A stretch of 64,000 nucleotides of DNA from Eledone cirrhosa (taxonomy: Eukaryota), in assembly GCA_964016885.1 (NCBI GenBank), contig OZ024755.1:1984001-2048000 (forward strand), given 5' to 3'. A program made the position numbers and the translations under genes. Below are positions 55,425-64,000 of this stretch, piece by piece (within the stretch, counting starts at the first letter, position 1; every line of letters begins with the position of its first letter). The notes below the pieces were generated by a model that was not told where the DNA came from, searched no databases, and worked only from the letters and a program-made list of their open reading frames with translations.

Positions 55425-56724
55425 TGGTAGTTGACCATCTGTTGTCACAGTACAGTCTAACACTTCAGTTGACCATCTGTTGTCACTACAGTACAGTCTA
55501 ACACGTCAGACAGTTGACCATCTGCTGTCACTACAGTGCAGTGACACAAAACAACAAATCACCTCACTAAGTCACCACCATGTCACCAGTGTTTATTTAT
55601 AGCTAATTATATAATAAACCATTACATATAAGCTATTTACAGAGAAGTTGACACACCATTGGGTTGGCTGGTAGGTGTCTCAGCTTTGAATGTAAAACAA
55701 GGATGTTTGTTGAGGGGGTTGCAAGCTTTTCAGCTGAGATTTCAGTAGATTATTCAACATCCTATCAAAGCTGACACTACTTAGACTCAGTAGTAAGCTA
55801 TATAAACCACAGCAGCTATTTACAGAAGATAAGGGAACACAGAAGCCTTGCTGGCCCTTCATTTAACACACTTCCATTGACATCATGTGAACTGCAGACC
55901 TCCCAGAAATTTGTCCATCATGATATTGAGTGAGAAATCAAAAACTCTCTCTCTGTCTCTCTCTACCCCCCCCCCTCTCTCTCTTCCGTGTTATCTTCTA
56001 TTCAATCCACAGGCAATCTTCATTGAACACTTATAGAATATTTTTTCATTAAAAGCAACAAAACCCATGAAATATGTTGGACTTGTTAGTTGATATGGAA
56101 AGAAAGAAAGAAAGAAAGAAAGACAAAATCTCCACCCCACCCCATAAAAAAACTCAAATAAAAAGCTTCCGGTTACATAACATTTTAGGTAAATATGATC
56201 TTTCAGGTTTGGTTTCTGACATATATACAAACCTGTGTGTATCTGGTTGTGTGTGTAAAGTGTGTGTGTATATGTGTGTGTAAAACTGTATGTATCTGGC
56301 TGTGTGTGTGTGTGTGTAAAACTGTGTATGTGCATAAAACGGTGTATCAGGCTGTGTGTGTGTGTGTAAAACTGTATGTATCTGGCTGTGTGTGTGTGTG
56401 TAAAACTGTGTGTATGTGCATAAAACAGTATCAGGTGTGTGTGTGTGTATGTTAAACTGTGCGTATCAGGCTGTGTGTGACTGTAAAAGTCTATGTGTGT
56501 GTATATATATATGTATGTGGGTATGTGTATGAGCACGTACGGTTGTATAAATTACTTATTATTTTTGTGTTGTTTTAATACCGACTTTGTATTATATATT
56601 CTGATTCCATCTAAATGTTGGGCTTCCATGATGAAAGTCTGAGATAAAATTCACTAGGGTGTGAAGGGGAGGGGTGGCTTGTAATATGTAAACAAGATAA
56701 ATATGCAGAGGTATATATGTACAT

Positions 56725-56861
<137 letters not shown>

Positions 56862-57722
56862 CACACATATATTTATACATATATATATTTATATACACAG
56901 ATATATTTATACATATATATATATTTATATATATACACATGTATGTATGTATATATATATATATATGTATACTTAAATGCATATATTCACACACACACAT
57001 CTATATATACACACACACACATCTATATATATATACACACACACACACATCTATATACACACACACACACACATCTATATATACACACACACACATCTAT
57101 ATATATACACACACACACATCTATATATACACACACACATCTATATATATACACACACACATCTATATATATACATACACATCTATATATACACACACAT
57201 CTATATATACACACACGTGTGTGTTGGTATTTCAATTGATGCAAAATCTGTGTGAAAATGTGCATACAAAACAATATATATAAAAATAAGAAAATAGACG
57301 AAAAATTCTCAAAAACAGAAAAAAAAACCCAGAAAAAAGCCTCCAAATACCAAAAAACAGCCCCCCCCCAGCCCTCCACCCTCCACCCCAACACAAAAAA
57401 GAGGTTGGTACATAAGAGACTTGATAAAGTGCAAAAGTTGGGGAGGATAGTTGGTTTATCATATATCTGTGAATGTAAATGTTGTATAAACAACATTTAC
57501 ATGAACAAACTAGTAGAGAGGGGGGTGGGGTAAGGGAGAGGGGTAGAGAGGGGGAGGAGAGGGAGAGAGGCAGAGAGAGAGGCAGAGAGAGAGGGAGAGA
57601 GAGAGAGAGCGAGAGAGAGGGAGAGAGAGAGAGCAACAACAACAAAATAATAATTATGAGAAAAATTTTTAAAAAGTGAGAAAAAAATGTGTGCAGATTG
57701 TAAGGAGGGGTGAAGTGTTTGT

Positions 57723-57770
<48 letters not shown>

Positions 57771-58889
57771 AATATGTATATATATAATGTATTTATACAT
57801 TATATGTAATATAAAAGATAAAAGAGAAATATCATGAAATTTTAATGTAAGTTACAGAAGAATTTTATGGAAGGATAATGTTATGTGTTGATATATAAAC
57901 TACCACAGACCTATATATATATATATATATATGTAGGTTTGTGTGTGTGTGTATATATAAACTACAACACCACACCTATATATATATGTGTGTGTGTATA
58001 TATATATATGTAGGTCTGTGAATGTGTATATATATATACACACAGACATACATACATATATACATATAAACACATAGGTTAAAACAGAGGTAGTGAGTAA
58101 AAGAATCAAATGTGCATGTAAGCATATATGAAAATAAATATACTGCACACATATCCACATGTGAGTTTATATATATGTATGTACACTTATACACATGTAT
58201 ACAAGTGAACATGTGCATGTATATATATACACACATCATATCAGCAGTTAATAAAGTGGGAGTGGGGGCAATGTGTTGTGGTCTGCAAAAGGAAAATCTT
58301 TTAAAAAAAAAAAAAAATGGAATGGAGTCGAGAAAATAGCTTTACTGCACTATCATAGAAAATATGATAGAAGCTTATGAAAAATATTTCAGTTTAATTT
58401 CTTATTAAAATCTATGTATTTTTGTTTGTTTAAATTTTAAACATTAAAATATTACCTTTTTTTTTTTCAAATCTACTATCAATATTATTTTATTAAGGGA
58501 AAGTCTTTTAACTACAAGAGTGGCAACTTGAGTTGGTAACTTGCTATTAAAAGTCCTTCATTTGCCACAAATGCAGGGATCCCTAACTCCTGAAGGATTT
58601 GTAAAGGGCACTGTATTGACATACAGCATTTCAAGAGAATTTTAAAACATGGTGGAGCCCATGTTATCTCCAGAGAAAGATAGAAAGAGAGAGAGAGGAA
58701 GCGAGAGAGATATAAAGGAAGAATCGACCCTAGTACTTGACTGGTGCTTTTTATTATCAACCTTGAAAGGATGAAAGGTAAAGTTGACCTCGGTGGGATT
58801 TGAACTCAGAGATCAGAGAACTGAATTGAATAACACAAAGAATTCTATCTGATGTTTTAACTACTCTGCAAATTCTCATACTTTAGAAT

Positions 58890-59720
58890 TTTACTTTGAA
58901 GCATCATTGATGGGTCAGTGAAGTTCATTAATTTTATCAAAATGAGATCGTTAAAATGGGAAGTAGCCAGAAAACCCTTCTACTGCACACTTAAGTATGA
59001 TGGTTGTCTTGTGGAAAGGTGTGGTTGTTTGAATTAAAACATGAGATAGCAACCTTTTCTTATGGAACACACATTCCATTTAAAAGAAAGATTGACAGTC
59101 AAAACGTAGTTGTTTAGACTAAGTAATTTGGCTGACATTTTTCTCCAAAATGAATGACGTTAACCTTTCATTGCAACGGGAAGCAAGTAACTGTTTTTTG
59201 ATGCCAATCATAAAATCCAAACCTTCAAAAGGAATATAGAATTTTGGAAAGCTTGTATACAAAAAAAAAAAAAAGCCCCCAAAAAACTACTATTGACAAC
59301 TTGCCTATTTTTAAAGACATTTTCTGTGATGTTATCTGTGAAGTAAGGTGGTGAAATGAATGCAAATTCTCTTTTAATGACATGCATCACCATTTGGAAG
59401 ATCTTCCCATTTCAATAAGTAAATATTTTTCAAATGATCAAAGCATCATGTTAAAAAGAATGTTTGAATTAGGGATCTATCCATACAATGTACAAGAAAG
59501 ACCCACATATTTAACTGCAGTGGAATAGAAACCGTTTATTGACATCACTTAAGATCACACCTTAAAAGCAGTTATCTAAAAGACTGCCACATCCAGAATT
59601 TTGGTGTACTATAAACCAAACATATCTGCAGGTATCAGTAAAGGCTTTCCTATTACATATCTATGTGGAGCAGGTATTTCTACAGATATATAACAATAAT
59701 ACACACTAAAACACTAATCC
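58890..59720 (+). pseudogene. Decayed hAT (Charlie/Buster, ZBED5/SCAND3-like) transposase fragment
   Basis: LLLHT*V*WLSCGKV..FELKHEI, LADIFSKMNDVNLSLQ and a YLC..GxS-like motif, with stops and frameshifts. Confidence 0.8.
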
Positions 59721-59853
59721 CTGTGATAGACTGTCTATATATATATATATCTGTGTGTGTGTATGTATATATATATATACATATAAAGACAAGAACAAAA
59801 CAATATCTCAGAATGATAGAGTTGTGTGGGAGTGAAAAGATTTACAGAAGTAT

Positions 59854-60279
59854 TTAACCCTTTAGCATTTAAACTGGCCACAGCTGGCAGAATTCTCTCA
59901 TCTCTTTCTGTTGAAACCAGCCATAACTGGCTGCTCATACATATGTTAAGGTATTGTTCTCAAAATAAATAATATTCTTGTAGATTCGATATTATGTGAG
60001 ATAAAGTGTTTACCGTGAAAATACAATAGTATATATAGAGTAATGTAAATGTTATGTGAGATATTATGTGAGGTAAAGCCTTTACTGTGAAAATACAATA
60101 GTATATATAGAGTAATGTAAATGTTATGTGAGATATTATGTGAGGTAAAGCCTTTACTGTGAAAATACAATAGTATATATAGAGTAATGTAAATGTTATG
60201 TGAGGTATTATGTGAGGTAAAGCCTTTACTGTGAAAATACAATAGTATATATAGAGTAATGTAAATGGTAAAGGGTTAA
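59854..60279. mobile_element. Same MITE with about 4 internal 72-bp units
   Basis: TTAA-CCCTTTAGCATTTAAA...TAAATGGTAAAGGG-TTAA. Confidence 0.85.
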
Positions 60280-60307
60280 GTGAGGTAGAAAAAGAAAAGC
60301 TGTTTAC

Positions 60308-60476
60308 CTTTGCCAGTTGGAATTGGAGGGAGTTTACTACTGATGGGTGTGCGACAGATCACCTGGTTGTTAGCATTTTGAGCATTTGTCGTCAAAGTAT
60401 GGTTACGACCGTAAGCTGAGAAGGCACACTTGTACTGGCCCCTCACCTGAGGAAGATTCATCACTTGCAGAGTGAT
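60308..60476 (-). CDS. PLXNA: Plexin exon, domain after PSI1 (ITLQVMNLPQ...PPIPTGK)
   Basis: ttacag acceptor, gtaaac donor; 169 nt, ends in phase 1 and joins the next exon as G|AT=Asp. Confidence 0.9.
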
Positions 60477-61153
60477 CTGTAATAAAGAGACACACAACAC
60501 ATTATTACAATATAAAGTATTACACAACAAAATATCACCTCAAACAATATCGATATATAAACACTAGTTTCATTCTAAAGTCTTTTGGTGGGGTTGGCTC
60601 AAACCCCTTTAGACAGTATTTTTACCTGGTGGATGAACAAGAAGAATTTCACCATAGTTGGAACTTAGCTTAGGTTTAATTAGGACCAAACATGCTTTCT
60701 ATGTGAGATTGTTTGATTTTGTGATTAATATTCAGAATACTGTAACGTTAGGGGCGAGTGCTGTATGTTACCTCCAAAGGTGTTAAACCCATGGTGAAAC
60801 AAAATGTTATTATCCAAGACTGATATTGATAAGGACACACATTTTTTTAAGAGGTGGCTATAATCAAGGAGGAATTTATCAGGGGGCAGAGGGAATGAAT
60901 ACTTTGGGCCCCCCCCCCTCATCAAACAAAGCCACCCTTCCTCAAATAGAGCTCCTTCTCTCTCTCTTTGTTCCTGCTTTAAACATAAAGGGCCATAACT
61001 CTATGCTGTGAAACGGGACCCGACGCTCTACCGATCCACTGCCTTTAAATTAATAATAATAGTATTAAAAATGAAATAATAATAATAATATTAAAAAAGC
61101 TGGTCATATTTGTCATGAAGTCAATGTCACATGGTAACAGGTTGAATCCTATC

Positions 61154-63262
61154 TAGAGTCACCCCACCCTGATGTCATACTACTTCTGTCTTAGAGTCAC
61201 CCCACCCTGATGTCATACTACTACTGTCTTAGAGTCACCCCACCCTGATGTCATACTACTACTGTCTTAGAGTCACCCCACCCTGATGTCATACTACTTC
61301 TGTCTTAGAGTCACCCCACCCTGATGTCATACTACTTCTGTCTTAGAGTCACCCCACCCTGATGTCATACTACTTCTGTCTTAGAGTCACCCCACCCTGA
61401 TGTCATACTACTACTGTCTTAGAGTCACCCCACCCTGATGTCATACTACTTCTGTCTTAGAGTCACCCCACCCTGATGTCATACTACTACTGTCTTAGAG
61501 TCACCCCACCCTGATGTCATACTACTTCTGTCTTAGAGTCACCCCACCCTGATGTCATACTACTACTGTCTTAGAGTCACCCCACCCTGATGTCATACTA
61601 CTTCTGTCTTAGAGTCACCCCACCCTGATGTCATACTACTACTGTCTTAGAGTCACCCCACCCTGATGTCATACTACTACTGTCTTAGAGTCACCCCACC
61701 CTGATGTCATACTACTACTGTCTTAGAGTCACCCCACCCTGATGTCATACTACTACTGTCTTAGAGTCACCCCACCCTGATGTCATACTACTACTGTCTT
61801 AGAGTCACCCCACCCTGATGTCATACTACTACTGTCTTAGAGTCACCCCACCCTGATGTCATACTACTACTGTCTTAGAGTCACCCCACCCTGATGTCAT
61901 ACTACTACTGTCTTAGAGTCACCCCACCCTGATGTCATACTACTACTGTCTTAGAGTCACCCCACCCTGATGTCATACTACTACTGTCTTAGAGTCACCC
62001 CACCCTGATGTCATACTACTACTGTCTTAGAGTCACCCCACCCTGATGTCATACTACTACTGTCTTAGAGTCACCCCACCCTGATGTCATACTACTACTG
62101 TCTTAGAGTCACCCCACCCTGATGTCATACTACTACTGTCTTAGAGTCACCCCACCCTGATGTCATACTACTTCTGTCTTAGAGTCACCCCACCCTGATG
62201 TCATACTACTACTGTCTTAGAGTCACCCCACCCTGATGTCATACTACTACTGTCTTAGAGTCACCCCACCCTGATGTCATACTACTTCTGTCTTAGAGTC
62301 ACCCCACCCTGATGTCATACTACTTCTGTCTTAGAGTCACCCCACCCTGATGTCATACTACTTCTGTCTTAGAGTCACCCCACCCTGATGTCATACTACT
62401 ACTGTCTTAGAGTCACCCCACCCTGATGTCATACTACTTCTGTCTTAGAGTCACCCCACCCTGATGTCATACTACTTCTGTCTTAGAGTCACCCCACCCT
62501 GATGTCATACTACTTCTGTCTTAGAGTCACCCCACCCTGATGTCATACTACTTCTGTCTTAGAGTCACCCCACCCTGATGTCATACTACTTCTGTCTTAG
62601 AGTCACCCCACCCTGATGTCATACTACTTCTGTCTTAGAGTCACCCCACCCTGATGTCATACTACTTCTGTCTTAGAGTCACCCCACCCTGATGTCATAC
62701 TACTTCTGTCTTAGAGTCACCCCACCCTGATGTCATACTACTACTGTCTTAGAGTCACCCCACCCTGATGTCATACTACTTCTGTCTTAGAGTCACCCCA
62801 CCCTGATGTCATACTACTTCTGTCTTAGAGTCACCCCACCCTGATGTCATACTACTACTGTCTTAGAGTCACCCCACCCTGATGTCATACTACTTCTGTC
62901 TTAGAGTCACCCCACCCTGATGTCATACTACTTCTGTCTTAGAGTCACCCCACCCTGATGTCATACTACTACTGTCTTAGAGTCACCCCACCCTGATGTC
63001 ATACTACTACTGTCTTAGAGTCACCCCACCCTGATGTCATACTACTACTGTCTTGGAGTCACCCCACCCTGATGTCATACTACTACTGTCTTAGAGTCAC
63101 CCCACCCTGATGTCATACTACTTCTGTCTTAGAGTCACCCCACCCTGATGTCATACTACTTCTGTCTTAGAGTCACCCCACCCTGATGTCATACTACTTC
63201 TGTCTTAGAGTCACCCCACCCTGATGTCATACTACTACTGTCTTAGAGTCACCCCACCCTGA
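61154..63262. repeat. 38-bp minisatellite, about 55 copies, two variants
   Basis: agagtcaccccaccctgatgtcatactact(a/t)ctgtctt. Confidence 0.97.
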
Positions 63263-63559
63263 CAGAAAGACAACACACCCACCTCAGAATTAGTTTAGAT
63301 ATAGGGAGGACATTGAGATGGAAAATGGAATTCTTTAGCAATATGTAAGTTTGGAAAGTCTAGTTATCTAATGCGAAGATAACAGGTAGAACAGTAAGTT
63401 AAAGGATAACTAGCAGCAACATTGTATGTCTAAATAGCCATTTAGTGAGGAGGGGGGAGAGTGTGTAAGAGAGAGAGAGAGCATAAAAGTTGTGTGTGTG
63501 TGTGTATATATATATATACACACACACAGATATATATTCAGTAAAGAACTCCCATATAT

Positions 63560-63594
<35 letters not shown>

Positions 63595-64000
63595 CATATA
63601 TGAAACTGTTCACATATGTCTACAGTTTTTACGAATTTACACGTACATAATATATTTTATTTTGTTAGTCTCTAGGAAAAATACACACATTTATACATAC
63701 ATTCAACACATATACATACATTTATACTCACACATATATATATACACATCCAACACATATTCACATATATATATACACATTTATATATACATTTAACACA
63801 TATATATAGATACACATCCAACACATATATACACACATTCAACACATATATACATTCAACATATATATATATACATTAGCTCTCCATTTATCTGTCTTTA
63901 AGGTAAAAACCAAAATGTAAGAACTAGAACAATTTGCCAAAATAGTCTCACTGTAGCAGAATGGTTGGAACAATGGAGAAGAAAAGTTAAAAAATAAACC

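Overview
This is AT-rich, microsatellite-saturated animal DNA. The repeat landscape looks cephalopod/octopus-like, which is an inference. The whole window lies inside one minus-strand plexin-A-like gene. I traced 15 GT-AG exons (about 2.2 kb of CDS) running from the extracellular PSI/IPT region through the transmembrane helix into the first RasGAP-like segment; both ends of the gene lie outside the window. About 100 aa (PSI2 and the following domain) are missing and the frame breaks across a 24.7-kb interval that contains a 200-N gap. Almost all ORFs in the supplied track are microsatellite artefacts. The introns carry tRNA-derived SINEs, RTE- and L1/Tx1-like LINE relics, a hAT transposase relic, a rearranged mariner, several MITE families and large minisatellites. 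The most interesting signal is a set of short (TA)n-flanked inserts with minimal type-I hammerhead ribozyme folds of the Penelope-like-element (PLE) kind. These belong to several families and occur on both strands, and some are built into fold-back palindromes.
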